Shown here in pieces: positions 38,854-49,179 of a DNA stretch of 64,000 nt. Location of the stretch: contig OZ241855.1 in assembly GCA_965202785.1 (NCBI GenBank), forward strand, positions 1,280,001 to 1,344,000. The letters run 5' to 3'. The position numbers were made by a program, and so were the translations under genes. How positions within the stretch are numbered: position 1 is the stretch's first letter; the number at the start of each line of letters is the position of its first letter. The notes under the pieces are model-generated. The model did no database searches, was not told where the DNA came from, and worked only from the letters and a program-made list of their open reading frames with translations. The stretch is from Thermodesulfobacteriota bacterium (GTDB lineage: Bacteria; Desulfobacterota_D; UBA1144; Nemesobacterales; Nemesobacteraceae).

Positions 38854-40053
38854 TCAGTATCGTCGTGTTAGAGCCGTGAGAGGCGTATACTGGCCATCAG
38901 GACCAATAATCGTCAAGAACACGCTGTCTGAACCTTGATTATCATTCTTGCTATATCGCAAGGTGAAGCCGTCCAAATTAATGTCGTTGCCAGTCCGCAG
39001 CACCGCATCGATGCAATCACGGTTAACCTGGTTGCCGCAATTATCTACTACATAAATAGCCAAACGCCCTGCTAAATATCCTTCATACGATATAAATCCG
39101 GGTTTTGCCGCCGGATCGTACGCCCTGAGCGCAGCACGATAGGAAGCGGAAGCAGGCACCGTGTTTCCGGTTGGAAAAGGAACCACCTGCGTAACTAGAA
39201 CTCCGGCCCCTTGATCACCCAGTTCGCTTGCCAAGGCATTACTGCCTACGAAAGAAAGTGTCATAAAAATGGAATTCATACCGATGTGGCGTGCCCACTT
39301 GATAAATGTCGCAGTTGGCTTGTAGGGACCAATAATAATCACAGCTTCCGGTCCGGTAGCGTGCAAATCAACAAGTGCCGTTTTTATCGCGACGGTATTG
39401 CGAGGAAATATCCCTGTTCCGATAGCAGAAAGTTTGCGACGCTCAAGAGCAAGAAGTATCCCTTGCAACCCGGCGCGACCGAATGAATCATCCTGATGGA
39501 GAATGGCAATGCGATTAATTCCGAGATCAGTCGTCAATCGTTCTACCATCTCCTCGGTTTCTTGATAATACGAAGCCCGAAGATTGATTACTGTCCGGCG
39601 TGCGTTGTCACGCAGGAATTCTGCACCAGTCATAGGTGCTATGTAAGGTACATCGTGTTGCTCCGCGACAGGTACCGCAGCTTTGGAGGTAGGAGTGCCA
39701 ACTGCGCCGATGAGTGCGAAAACATTTTCACCAATCAGTCGCTGTGTATTTACAATTGCCGCTTCCGGTTCGTATGCGTCATCCATTGACTGCAGTTCCA
39801 GACGACGTCCGTTAATGCCACCCCGGTCATTAACCTCTTTAAACGCGGAAAGAATGCCGGCTTTCATGCCTTTACCAAGTTCGCCGGCCGGACCACTAAA
39901 GGCAGCGGACTGCCCAAACACAATACGATCACTGTATACGCCCGGCACAGTGTGTGTTTGTTGCTGGGCTTCCCCTGACGCTGCGGTTGCCAGTATTGCA
40001 ACTATTGAAGCGGCAACCACTTTTTTGAGAGACAGTCTGCTTAGTAACCGCAT
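38854..40053 (-). CDS. Periplasmic ligand-binding protein (LivJ/Peripla_BP_6-like)
   Basis: Signal peptide, FGQSAAFSGPA, GGINGR, DDAYEP, NLRASY. Confidence 0.88.
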   Translation of the reverse strand: MRLLSRLSLKKVVAASIVAILATAASGEAQQQTHTVPGVYSDRIVFGQSAAFSGPAGELGKGMKAGILSAFKEVNDRGGINGRRLELQSMDDAYEPEAAIVNTQRLIGENVFALIGAVGTPTSKAAVPVAEQHDVPYIAPMTGAEFLRDNARRTVINLRASYYQETEEMVERLTTDLGINRIAILHQDDSFGRAGLQGILLALERRKLSAIGTGIFPRNTVAIKTALVDLHATGPEAVIIIGPYKPTATFIKWARHIGMNSIFMTLSFVGSNALASELGDQGAGVLVTQVVPFPTGNTVPASASYRAALRAYDPAAKPGFISYEGYLAGRLAIYVVDNCGNQVNRDCIDAVLRTGNDINLDGFTLRYSKNDNQGSDSVFLTIIGPDGQYTPLTALTRRY

Positions 40054-40056
40054 TTG

Positions 40057-40491
40057 CTAAATTTTCTTGATCATAGTCAGATGATTACGATCACTGTTGC
40101 GCTGATAGCGTACCTCTGTCATCAGTTGCTTCGCCAGCATTATTCCTGCTCCACCAATACGGCGGTCTTCAAGCGAACTTTCGACATCAAGCTCCGGCGC
40201 GTCTTCTAGGGGATTAAAGGGATATCCGTCATCCAGTATCTCAACAGTCATGGTTTCACCTTCTCTCGAGAAAATGATTTCCACTTCATGTTCCTGATCA
40301 TCATCATGCGCATAGCTTGCCACGTTGGTGAAAATCTCCTCCAGGGACAGTTGCGTGGGAAACAATGCTTCAGAGGGGATGTCCTGCTGTTCAAAGAATT
40401 CCTCCAGCGCTACTGTGATCGTTCGGATTTCTTCCATCCGATTGGGAACGATCAACGTATGTGAAGCTTGCATCTTACCGTCTTTGCTCAT
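40057..40491 (-). CDS. RsbW-like anti-sigma factor/serine kinase
   Basis: LEEIFTNVASYA, DDGYPFNP, IGGAGI. Confidence 0.9.
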   Translation of the reverse strand: MSKDGKMQASHTLIVPNRMEEIRTITVALEEFFEQQDIPSEALFPTQLSLEEIFTNVASYAHDDDQEHEVEIIFSREGETMTVEILDDGYPFNPLEDAPELDVESSLEDRRIGGAGIMLAKQLMTEVRYQRNSDRNHLTMIKKI

Positions 40492-41649
40492 TTATGTGGT
40501 TCGCAGGACAAGACAGGTTATATCGTCAGATTGCGGATTTTCACCAGCGAACTCTTTGACCGTCTCGAATACCTCATTCGTAACTTCCTCGGAGTTCTTG
40601 AAAGTGCCGCTTTGGAAAATTTCGCAAAACCTGTCCATTTCGAATAATTCCTTATCTTCTTTTTCAGCTTCCACCACTCCGTCAGTGTAAAATACAATCG
40701 TGGAACCCGGCTCAATGGCGACTGTATTTTCCTCATATTTGAAATTCGGCATCACGCCCAGAGCAACTCCGCCCGTTGACTCCAGTAGTTCAGTTGTCAG
40801 ATTCGGTTTGACGATGACTGGCGGATTATGTCCGCCGTTTGCGTAGACGAATTCTTTCGTTCCAGGATCGTAAATGCCATATAAAAGGGTTACGAATGTC
40901 ATGGCATCGTTGTCCTCCGACAACATCGTATTTACCTGTTCCAGCACGGCGGCCGGAGATGTGGAAATTGCCGCGCAAGCCTTCAACAATGTACGACTGG
41001 CCATCATGAACATTGCCGCGGGCACTCCTTTACCCGACACATCAGCTATCGCAACTCCAACCCGGCCATCACTAAATTCATAAACGTCGAAAAAGTCGCC
41101 GCCTACGGAAAGAGCCGGAACCATGCTTGCGTACAGATCAAATGCTTCAGAATCCGGAAAGGATTTCGGAAGAATGTCCTGCTGCATCGTCCGTGCCACA
41201 TCAAGCTCGTTCTGGAGAGCTACAAGTTTGTCTCGCGCGCTCAGCGCATTACGCCACAGAGTAAGGTTTTCAATCGTACGTTCAATTGTAGTCTTGAGGT
41301 CCGTGAAATCTATCGGCTTGGTAACGAAGTCGAATGCCCCGCGGTTCATGGCAGTCCGTATGTTCTCCATATCGCCGTACGCGGAGACCATTACGGCACG
41401 AATATCAGGGTCTATTTCCGGTATCTGTGCCAACAATGTCAACCCGTCCATAACGGGCATGTTGATATCAGACAGCACGATATCGAATCCGTTGTCTTTG
41501 CGTAGACGTTCGAGGGCTTCCACGCCGTTGTGCGCAAATTCGAATTCGTAACGACCGCGGCGAACTTCGCGCCGCATTCTCTGCAGCATAAGCTGTTCTA
41601 AATCTATTTCATCATCGACAACTAAAATTCGGATTTTGCCGTTATCCAT
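40492..41649 (-). CDS. Receiver domain-PP2C (SpoIIE/RsbU-like) phosphatase
   Basis: ILVVDD, SDINMP, VGGDFFD, ADVSGKG, YTDGV, DDIT. Confidence 0.93.
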   Translation of the reverse strand: MDNGKIRILVVDDEIDLEQLMLQRMRREVRRGRYEFEFAHNGVEALERLRKDNGFDIVLSDINMPVMDGLTLLAQIPEIDPDIRAVMVSAYGDMENIRTAMNRGAFDFVTKPIDFTDLKTTIERTIENLTLWRNALSARDKLVALQNELDVARTMQQDILPKSFPDSEAFDLYASMVPALSVGGDFFDVYEFSDGRVGVAIADVSGKGVPAAMFMMASRTLLKACAAISTSPAAVLEQVNTMLSEDNDAMTFVTLLYGIYDPGTKEFVYANGGHNPPVIVKPNLTTELLESTGGVALGVMPNFKYEENTVAIEPGSTIVFYTDGVVEAEKEDKELFEMDRFCEIFQSGTFKNSEEVTNEVFETVKEFAGENPQSDDITCLVLRTT

Positions 41650-42074
41650 TTAGAACCTACCTTGCCATTTAGGGCCTAAATTAATTACTAAATCAGTAAT
41701 TATATACCTGATTACACGAAGCTATGTATAGGGAATCATGTACTTGATTCGGCAAAACATCTGTGTCGAACACTAACAAGTCCACGGAAACCACAGTTGT
41801 TTTACGGCAACCGCATTAGGGAGAACTTCCGTAAAGGCATTTCCTTCATCAAACTGTTCCAGTTCAAAATCTTTATACTCTTTGCCCATAGTGGCATATT
41901 CTGCTGTTGTTTGTTTGGCGAATCCAGATCAGCCGGATGCGGCGCTTTTTTTCAAAACCTCCGCATACCAGGTTTGAATATAATTCTTGTGGTTGGTATT
42001 CTACATAGCGTTGCCCGAACTGGTGTACGACCGTTCGGTTCTATTGCAGATGCCAATTACTCTGGAATAGTTAA

Positions 42075-42866
42075 ATGAAAAGTCGGAATAAATACTATCT
42101 AGTTAATGCGATCTGTCTGTTTTTTTCCTGCTGTCTGGCTTTTGTGTACGCCTTGGCACTGGTCGGTGTCGCCCACGCAAAAACCATTGACGAGGCAAAG
42201 GCGGCCTATGCGCAGGGGCGATTCGCCGAGGCGGCCAGGATCGGTGAAAGCCTCGGGACTTCACAGGGGTTCGCGTTCTCTGCAATGTCGCTTTCGGTTC
42301 ATGCCAACTACATCGCTAAAGAGGGCGAGAAGAAAGAGTTGCTTGAGCACGCAGTGACGCTGGCGAGAAAGGCGGTTATCTCCGACCCCAATAATGCAGA
42401 GGCCCATCTGCAGCTGGCGCGTGCAATCGGACGGCGCGCGGAGACTGTCGGCGTATTCGAAGCAGCGGGCGAAGCGGAAAAAATACGCGAATCCACGGAA
42501 AATGCGCTTCGAATTAATCCCAAGCTGGTATCAGCATATCTCAGCTTGGGGCGGTGGCATTCGGAATTGGTTGGCGCAATGGGTTCATTCATGGCCCGCA
42601 CCCTCTACGGTGCGCGGAAGAAGGATGGCATTGCCTCTTTCGAAAAGGCTCTTGTCCTGGCTCCCAATGCAAAAGATGTCCCTCTGCAATACGCACTCGG
42701 CTTAATAGCGCTGGATGATTACCAGTACCAGGAGAAGGCGCGGGACCTGCTGACGCGCGCCATCGGGTTGCCGGCGAAGAATGCTTACGAACGGATACTG
42801 CACATAGAAGCGGTCGAGGCTCTAAATAGCCTCAATGAATCCGACGATGACGATGACGACTACTGA
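42075..42866 (+). CDS. Exported TPR-like helical repeat protein
   Basis: Signal peptide ending AHA, DPNNAEAH and TPR-like helices; the shared motif lies upstream at 41969. Confidence 0.7.
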   Translation: MKSRNKYYLVNAICLFFSCCLAFVYALALVGVAHAKTIDEAKAAYAQGRFAEAARIGESLGTSQGFAFSAMSLSVHANYIAKEGEKKELLEHAVTLARKAVISDPNNAEAHLQLARAIGRRAETVGVFEAAGEAEKIRESTENALRINPKLVSAYLSLGRWHSELVGAMGSFMARTLYGARKKDGIASFEKALVLAPNAKDVPLQYALGLIALDDYQYQEKARDLLTRAIGLPAKNAYERILHIEAVEALNSLNESDDDDDDY

Positions 42867-42907
42867 CGACTTGCCGCACCTCCTGGAACCGGGATGCCGG
42901 GGCTGTC

Positions 42908-44302
42908 CTATGCCTTTCTGAGGCGCCAGCCGTACATCATACGTCCGTAGAAGTTAAACCACTTCCTCGCTTCGGAGTCCTGAAAGGGATAGTCCGCTCC
43001 AAGTTGTCTTGCTGTAACGAGGCCAGAGACGAAACATGTTTCTTGGCTGTTGATCAGAGTGTGGGCGCCACAGTGCCAGGTTCTTTTCCTGCCCTGAACG
43101 AAACCAAACAGATTAATCAGAAAAGCTGTGTGGAACACATCGTGTACGATATGCTGAAACCACCATTTCTTTACGATTTTTTCTTCGTTGATACGGCTGA
43201 TCGGGTTGTAGGTTACAAGACATGGTTTGTCCGATTTCTTTGCCCAGGGTTGTTGGTTGTGCATGATGTAGGTGATTTCATAGTTATCTGGTCTCACACC
43301 GTACTGTTCAATGTAGTTGCTCCGGGTCTCGAGGGGCTTGACCTCGTTATCCGGGAGGACCGAGGCATCCGAATGGACAACCGTATGGTTATGCAATTCG
43401 CTCTCGTAACGAACCGAAGAGAGAAGGAAGCTCTCCAGGAAGGTCGGGTTGTCGAGAATCATCAATGTCTGGTTCGCGTTGCACGCAAAGACCACATCGT
43501 CAAATGTCTCGGTGATTCCGTTTTCATCTTCAATGACCACGCCGGATGCCCGCCGATACACTTTCTTCACGGGCCTGTTTAGGTATATCTTGTCCCGAAA
43601 TCCGGCTGACATTTCCTCGTATATACGCCGCGTACCCCTATCCCATGTTTGCATTGGTGTTGCGGTCTCTATATCAAAGAACTCCAGATACCGGGCAAAC
43701 AGTGACGCGGGCATGTCGAACACGTTTGTTGCCATCAGGAAATTGACGAACATCGGCTTCAGAACCTTGTACCTGAAGTCTCCTGAGAACCTGCCCCAGT
43801 TGAGAATCGTACCCATGCTGATGTAGTTAAAGGGATTGAGAGCATTGATCAGCAGGGATCTGGAGTGGTTAAGTCGGCCGAACCACTTGAGACGCTTAAG
43901 GAGTTTCTGGAACTTGACAATTTCCGGTTGCAACTGACTCTTGATATCTGAGTCGAAATCGTGTGCATAGATTTCGCCACGGTACTTTACGCTGTAGTTG
44001 AATTTGGTGTCTAACAGATCAATGCCGTGTTGCTGCAAGAACAGCACCATATGATGGTATGCCGATGGAATGCACGCGGTAACGGAAATATCGAACGGGA
44101 TTGAGGTTCCGTTTTCTTGAGGCATGTCGGCTGTTATGGCATTGCCGCCGAGCTGAGACTGTGCTTCAAAAATTCGAAACTCAAACAGATCAGGGTGTCG
44201 GTCCAGAGCCCAAGCCACTCCCAACCCGGATACTCCACCACCGATAATGGCAACTTTTCTCATTTTTCCAGTGTCCTCCGTTTCATTCATAGCCGACGCC
44301 AT
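42908..44302 (-). CDS. FAD-dependent oxidoreductase (amine-oxidase-like fold)
   Basis: VAIIGGGVSGL, FEAQSQLGG, QGRKRTWHCGA. Confidence 0.82.
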   Translation of the reverse strand: MASAMNETEDTGKMRKVAIIGGGVSGLGVAWALDRHPDLFEFRIFEAQSQLGGNAITADMPQENGTSIPFDISVTACIPSAYHHMVLFLQQHGIDLLDTKFNYSVKYRGEIYAHDFDSDIKSQLQPEIVKFQKLLKRLKWFGRLNHSRSLLINALNPFNYISMGTILNWGRFSGDFRYKVLKPMFVNFLMATNVFDMPASLFARYLEFFDIETATPMQTWDRGTRRIYEEMSAGFRDKIYLNRPVKKVYRRASGVVIEDENGITETFDDVVFACNANQTLMILDNPTFLESFLLSSVRYESELHNHTVVHSDASVLPDNEVKPLETRSNYIEQYGVRPDNYEITYIMHNQQPWAKKSDKPCLVTYNPISRINEEKIVKKWWFQHIVHDVFHTAFLINLFGFVQGRKRTWHCGAHTLINSQETCFVSGLVTARQLGADYPFQDSEARKWFNFYGRMMYGWRLRKA

Positions 44303-44435
44303 GGCCTCTTAATTTGCTTGTCCATTATAGCACTCTGTCAGCCGGGTGTAAAACAAGGGTGAACAGACATTAGGAGGAAGCCCATAGCTGAAATTCGATC
44401 CCCGCTACGTCAATATCTTCAGGGACCGTGGCACA

Positions 44436-46454
44436 TCAGACGGGCAGTTCGCGTTTCTGTTCGGCGATATGAAACTTGAGCTTCTTCTTCGGCTTCATTG
44501 ATGGAAACGCGGCGATCCCAAGCTTATAGTCTTCGGGGTATACGCGAAGAGTAAAGTAATGCGCTATGATCAACAGGTTAACAGCCATATGAAGTGTCAT
44601 CCACCGGGCGCCGAGGCACATGTGCGAGCCCAGTCCGTATGGGGCGTATCCGGGGTTTTTATGCTCATTGCGAGGCGGCAGGTAGCGGTCGATATCAAAT
44701 GAAAGAGGATCCGGGAAGGAATCTTCCATATAGTGCGGGGCGGTTTGTGCGATGTTTATTCTGGACCCCCGCAGTATTTCATAGCCCTCGACCGTGAACG
44801 TATTCACGACGTCACGCATAATCATTGGAACAACCGGGTACATTCGAAGGCATTCATTGATGAAGCGGTCGGTGACTTCTATGTTGGCGGGAGAGAAGTC
44901 TTTTCCGGTTGGATCACCGTTTGAAAACAGTGCGTCGGCTTCACTTCGAATTTTGTCGTAAAGCTCAGGGTGTGACGCCATGGCATAAAGGGCGAAGTTA
45001 AAGCCGTCACCCAGGTACATGCTGGCAAGCACCACTGCCGATAGAGCGAAACTCAGATTCGACTCGGGCATCAATAGCGGGTAGTTCGCATTGAGGCTTA
45101 GCAGATCATCCACAAAGTTTCGCGGACAACCGGCCCGTTGGGCTGATGTATGGGCACTTTGTACCCGCTCCATCAAAACGCCTATTGCCTTGGCCCTGCG
45201 TTTCATTCCCGGTGTTTTCAGCATGAATTTTGGCAGGATGTTTAAGAGATGGGTGCTGAGTGCCCGCTCCTTGTAAGCAATTATATCGTCCATGATATCC
45301 TGCGTATCAATACTCATGGATAGAGATGACATCTGAGCGTTAATCATTTTTCGGCACAGATCCCTTGCAGGATAGCTTTCGCCCACTTTCCAATTTGCCA
45401 TGTATTCGCGAGCCTTGCTGTAGACCACATCGATCTGTCCTTCCAGTCTCCCACGGGAGTAGGCTGGAGTCATGGTTTTTCGATACCGGAAATGGTCTGC
45501 GCCATCCAGGGCAGGCAATATGCCTACCGCCCCATACACTTTCTCAAAGTCGCCAAAGAGATTCTTGGATGTCAGGTACTTCCGTCCGTGTCGACGTACC
45601 CAGCGGTTTATTTCTGGTCCGGAAAGAAAAATATTTGGCTTTGAAAAAGGAGGAGCGATTTCAAAGACCGGGCCGTACTGCTTTGTCAAATCCGCAAAAA
45701 GTGCCGGAAGGTTCCCGGTACGAGCATGTGGGTTGAGCAGTAGTCGATGAAGTGAAACGCGCGGAATCTTCTTGCTAAGAAGAGAACTTCCAAACAGAGG
45801 ATTATTGATGTTCTGTTCGACCGCGTCCCCCATTGAACGGCCGATTAGGTCCATCCTGCAGATAAGCTCGATCCGCTCTTCCGCCTTTTTGTCGAGCTTA
45901 AACATTAGGGGAAAGATATCGCATGTCTTGATCAGGCAAATGATGATAATATCTCGCGGATCCGGAATGTCGTCTGAAAAGATGTCTTTGCCGACTCTGA
46001 TTCTGATGAACTGACTTAAACTTGCATCTTCATCGTCGCCGTTTGCACTTGCGTATAGTTTGCCAGGTGCCACTGTCCAGAAATCACCCTCGTGATGTTC
46101 CAGAAATTCCAGATTAACCAGGTTCTCTAAGGTCAAATCAGTGATTGTTTCCGCATGGCTGATGAGCTTTTCAATCCAGTATTGGGCGTTGTACTTAACT
46201 GGCTCATCGACGATTTCCTTGAGAATCAGGTCCAGGCTGGGGTTGCCCGTTTCTGTCGGATTCAGAACGTGAAGTGACTCCAAGTCCGTGTCGATACGTG
46301 AAAGGAGAGCGAGTTCCGCGAGTGCCGCGCCGATGACAGCGCAATTTATTCCCCGTCCGGGTATTTGGTAAAAGTAGCCAGTGTCCTCGTTGAGGAGCAT
46401 CAGTATGAACTCGTCGAGCAACCTCAGTGGCTGGTTCTCAACAGGATCATTCAT
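44436..46454 (-). CDS. GPP34-domain-cytochrome P450 fusion (copy 1)
   Basis: N-terminus LDEFILMLL...GAALAELALLSRID...TGNPSLD (GPP34/GOLPH3-like); C-terminus ECLR, FDIDRY, YGLGSHMCLG. Confidence 0.85.
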   Translation of the reverse strand: MNDPVENQPLRLLDEFILMLLNEDTGYFYQIPGRGINCAVIGAALAELALLSRIDTDLESLHVLNPTETGNPSLDLILKEIVDEPVKYNAQYWIEKLISHAETITDLTLENLVNLEFLEHHEGDFWTVAPGKLYASANGDDEDASLSQFIRIRVGKDIFSDDIPDPRDIIIICLIKTCDIFPLMFKLDKKAEERIELICRMDLIGRSMGDAVEQNINNPLFGSSLLSKKIPRVSLHRLLLNPHARTGNLPALFADLTKQYGPVFEIAPPFSKPNIFLSGPEINRWVRRHGRKYLTSKNLFGDFEKVYGAVGILPALDGADHFRYRKTMTPAYSRGRLEGQIDVVYSKAREYMANWKVGESYPARDLCRKMINAQMSSLSMSIDTQDIMDDIIAYKERALSTHLLNILPKFMLKTPGMKRRAKAIGVLMERVQSAHTSAQRAGCPRNFVDDLLSLNANYPLLMPESNLSFALSAVVLASMYLGDGFNFALYAMASHPELYDKIRSEADALFSNGDPTGKDFSPANIEVTDRFINECLRMYPVVPMIMRDVVNTFTVEGYEILRGSRINIAQTAPHYMEDSFPDPLSFDIDRYLPPRNEHKNPGYAPYGLGSHMCLGARWMTLHMAVNLLIIAHYFTLRVYPEDYKLGIAAFPSMKPKKKLKFHIAEQKRELPV

Positions 46455-46809
46455 CAGCTGTTGCCTCCTTCAATCCGAATCTGTGACGCGGTTTGGACTT
46501 CGGAGAATCTTTATGACCTGATCATTCGAAAATGACTGAAGGAAATTGCAAGGCCTACAATCAAGGTCCGTCCGGTCAGTACTATAAAAATAGTATATTC
46601 AAACCGAGACGTAATCAAATCTAATTTATGGTGGCATGATCAAGCGACGGCCTGATTCTCTGATTTCACCGCAACCTTCTGTAGGGTAAAGCTGAGGCTG
46701 TTCAACGAATGAACGAAAAAAGATTCACGGGTATCACCTTGAGGGGCATTATCCCGGAAAACTAAAGTTCGATCCCCACCGCGTCAACGTATTCAGGGAC
46801 CGTGGCACA

Positions 46810-48828
46810 TCAGACGGGCAGTTCGCGTTTCTGTTCGGCGATATGAAATTTAAGCTTCTTGTTCGGCTTCATTGATGGAAACGCGGCGATCCCGAGCTTA
46901 TAGTCTTCTGGGTATACGCGAAGGGTAAAGTAATGCGCTATGATCAACAGGTTGACAGCCATATGAAGTGTCATCCACCGGGCGCCGAGGCACGTGTGCG
47001 GGCCCAGTCCGTATGGGGCGTATCCGGGTTTTCTATGCTCATTGCGAGGCGGCAGGTAGCGGTCGATATCAAATGAAAGAGGATCCGGGAAGGAATCTTC
47101 CATATAGTGCGGGGCGGTCTGTGCGATGTTTATTCTGGACCCCCGCAGTATTTCATAGCCCTCGACCGTGAACGTATTCACGACGTCACGCATAGTCATT
47201 GGAACAACCGGGTACACTCGAAGGCATTCATTGATGAAGCGGTCGGTGACTTCTATGTTGGCGGGAGAGAAGTCTTTTCCGGTTGGATCACCGTTTGAAA
47301 ACAGTGCGTCGGCTTCACTTCGAATTTTGTCGTAAAGCTCAGGGTGTGACGCCATGGCATAAAGGGCGAAGTTAAAGCCGTCACCCAGGTACATGCTGGC
47401 AAGCACCACTGCCGATAGAGCGAAACTCAGATTCGACTCGGGCATCAATAGCGGGTAGTTCGCATTGAGGCTTAGCAGATCATCCACGAAGTTTCGCGGA
47501 CAACCGGCCCGTTGGGCTGATGTATGGACACTTTGTACCCGCTCCATCAAAACGCCTATGGCCTTGGCCCTGCGTTTCATTCCCGGTGTTTTCAGCATGA
47601 ATTTTGGCAGGATGTTTAAGAGATGGGTGCTGAGTGCCCGCTCCTTGTAGGCAATTATATCGTCCATGATATCCTGCGTATCAATACTCATGGATAGAGA
47701 TGACATCTGAGCGTTAATCATTTTTCGGCACAGATCCCTTGCAGGATAGCTTTCGCCCACTTTCCAATTTGCCATGTATTCGCGAGCCTTGCTGTAGACC
47801 ACATCGATCTGTCCTTCCAGTCTCCCGCGGGAGTAGGCTGGAGTCATGGTTTTTCGATACCGGAAATGGTCTGCGCCATCCAGGGCAGGCAATATGCCTA
47901 CCGCCCCATACACTTTCTCAAAGTCGCCAAAGAGATTCTTGGATGTCAGGTACTTCCGTCCGTGTCGACGTACCCAGTGGTTTATTTCTGGTCCGGAAAG
48001 AAAAATATTTGGCTTTGAAAAAGGAGGAGCGATTTCAAAGACCGGGCCGTACTGCTTTGTCAAATCCGCAAAAAGTGCCGGAAGGTTCCCGGTACGAGCA
48101 TGTGGGTTGAGCAGTAGCCGATGAAGTGAAACGCGCGGGATTTTCTTGCTGACATGAGAAGTTGCAAGCAGCGGATTATTGATGTTTTCTTTGACCGCAT
48201 CCGCCATTGAACGGCCGATTAGGTCCATCCTGCAGATAAGCTCGATCCGCTCTTCCGCCTTTTTGTCGAGCTTAAACATTAGGGGAAAGATATCGCATGT
48301 CTCGATCAGGCAAATGATGATAATATCTCGCGGATCCGGAATGTCGTCTGAAAAGATGTCTTTGCCGACTCTGATTCTGATGAACTGACTTAAACTTGCA
48401 TCTTCATCGTCGCCGTTTACATCCGCGTACAGTTTGCCAGCTGCCACTGTCCAGAAATCACCCTGGTGATGTTCCAGAATTCCCATATTAACCAGATTCT
48501 CTAAGGTCAAATCAGTGATTGTTTCCGCATGGCTGATGAGCTTTTCAATCCAGTATTGGGCGTTGTGCTTAACTGGCTCATCGACGATTTCCTTGAGAAT
48601 TATGTCCAAGCTGGGGTTGCCCGTTTCTGTTGGGTCCAGGAGGAGAAGAGACTCGACATCTGTGTCGATACGAGAAAGCAGAGAGAGTTCCGCGAGTGCC
48701 GCACCGATAATAGCGCAGTTCATTTTGTGGGCGGCTATTTGGTAGAAGTAACCGCTCTCCTCGTCGAGGAGCATCAGTATGAACTCGTCGAGCAAGCTCA
48801 GTGGCTGGCTCTCAATAGGATCATTCAT
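46810..48828 (-). CDS. GPP34-domain-cytochrome P450 fusion (copy 2)
   Basis: Same length (672 aa) and near-identical to copy 1; YGLGPHTCLG heme motif. Confidence 0.85.
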   Translation of the reverse strand: MNDPIESQPLSLLDEFILMLLDEESGYFYQIAAHKMNCAIIGAALAELSLLSRIDTDVESLLLLDPTETGNPSLDIILKEIVDEPVKHNAQYWIEKLISHAETITDLTLENLVNMGILEHHQGDFWTVAAGKLYADVNGDDEDASLSQFIRIRVGKDIFSDDIPDPRDIIIICLIETCDIFPLMFKLDKKAEERIELICRMDLIGRSMADAVKENINNPLLATSHVSKKIPRVSLHRLLLNPHARTGNLPALFADLTKQYGPVFEIAPPFSKPNIFLSGPEINHWVRRHGRKYLTSKNLFGDFEKVYGAVGILPALDGADHFRYRKTMTPAYSRGRLEGQIDVVYSKAREYMANWKVGESYPARDLCRKMINAQMSSLSMSIDTQDIMDDIIAYKERALSTHLLNILPKFMLKTPGMKRRAKAIGVLMERVQSVHTSAQRAGCPRNFVDDLLSLNANYPLLMPESNLSFALSAVVLASMYLGDGFNFALYAMASHPELYDKIRSEADALFSNGDPTGKDFSPANIEVTDRFINECLRVYPVVPMTMRDVVNTFTVEGYEILRGSRINIAQTAPHYMEDSFPDPLSFDIDRYLPPRNEHRKPGYAPYGLGPHTCLGARWMTLHMAVNLLIIAHYFTLRVYPEDYKLGIAAFPSMKPNKKLKFHIAEQKRELPV

Positions 48829-49179
48829 CAGCCGGCGCCTCCTTCAATCTGAATCCGTGGCGCGGTAATGGTTACAGGAAATTGTAAAACCTACAATCAT
48901 AGTTCCTAACATTGAAACTGTATATTCCGACCGTGATATAGTCAAATCTGCTGTATGTTGAATAAGACCGGAGTTTAGACTCATGAGTCTTTGAATTTAG
49001 ACTGAAGAGATACCGAAGACTTGAATTTGCGAAAAATTCCAAACACTACCCTTCTATATAACATGATATATAATCTATATGCTACGAATATTATTTAAAT
49101 TCCAGTGTCGTGTGTTATTGGTCTTTTCTGTGACCGTATCCATAAGTGACCGCTTCACTGCAGGAAGGGGGATTCTGTT

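Noticed and set aside
42843-42860. GAC/GAT run encoding a poly-Asp tail
   Set aside because: Short, imperfect and in frame; no evidence of a contingency repeat.
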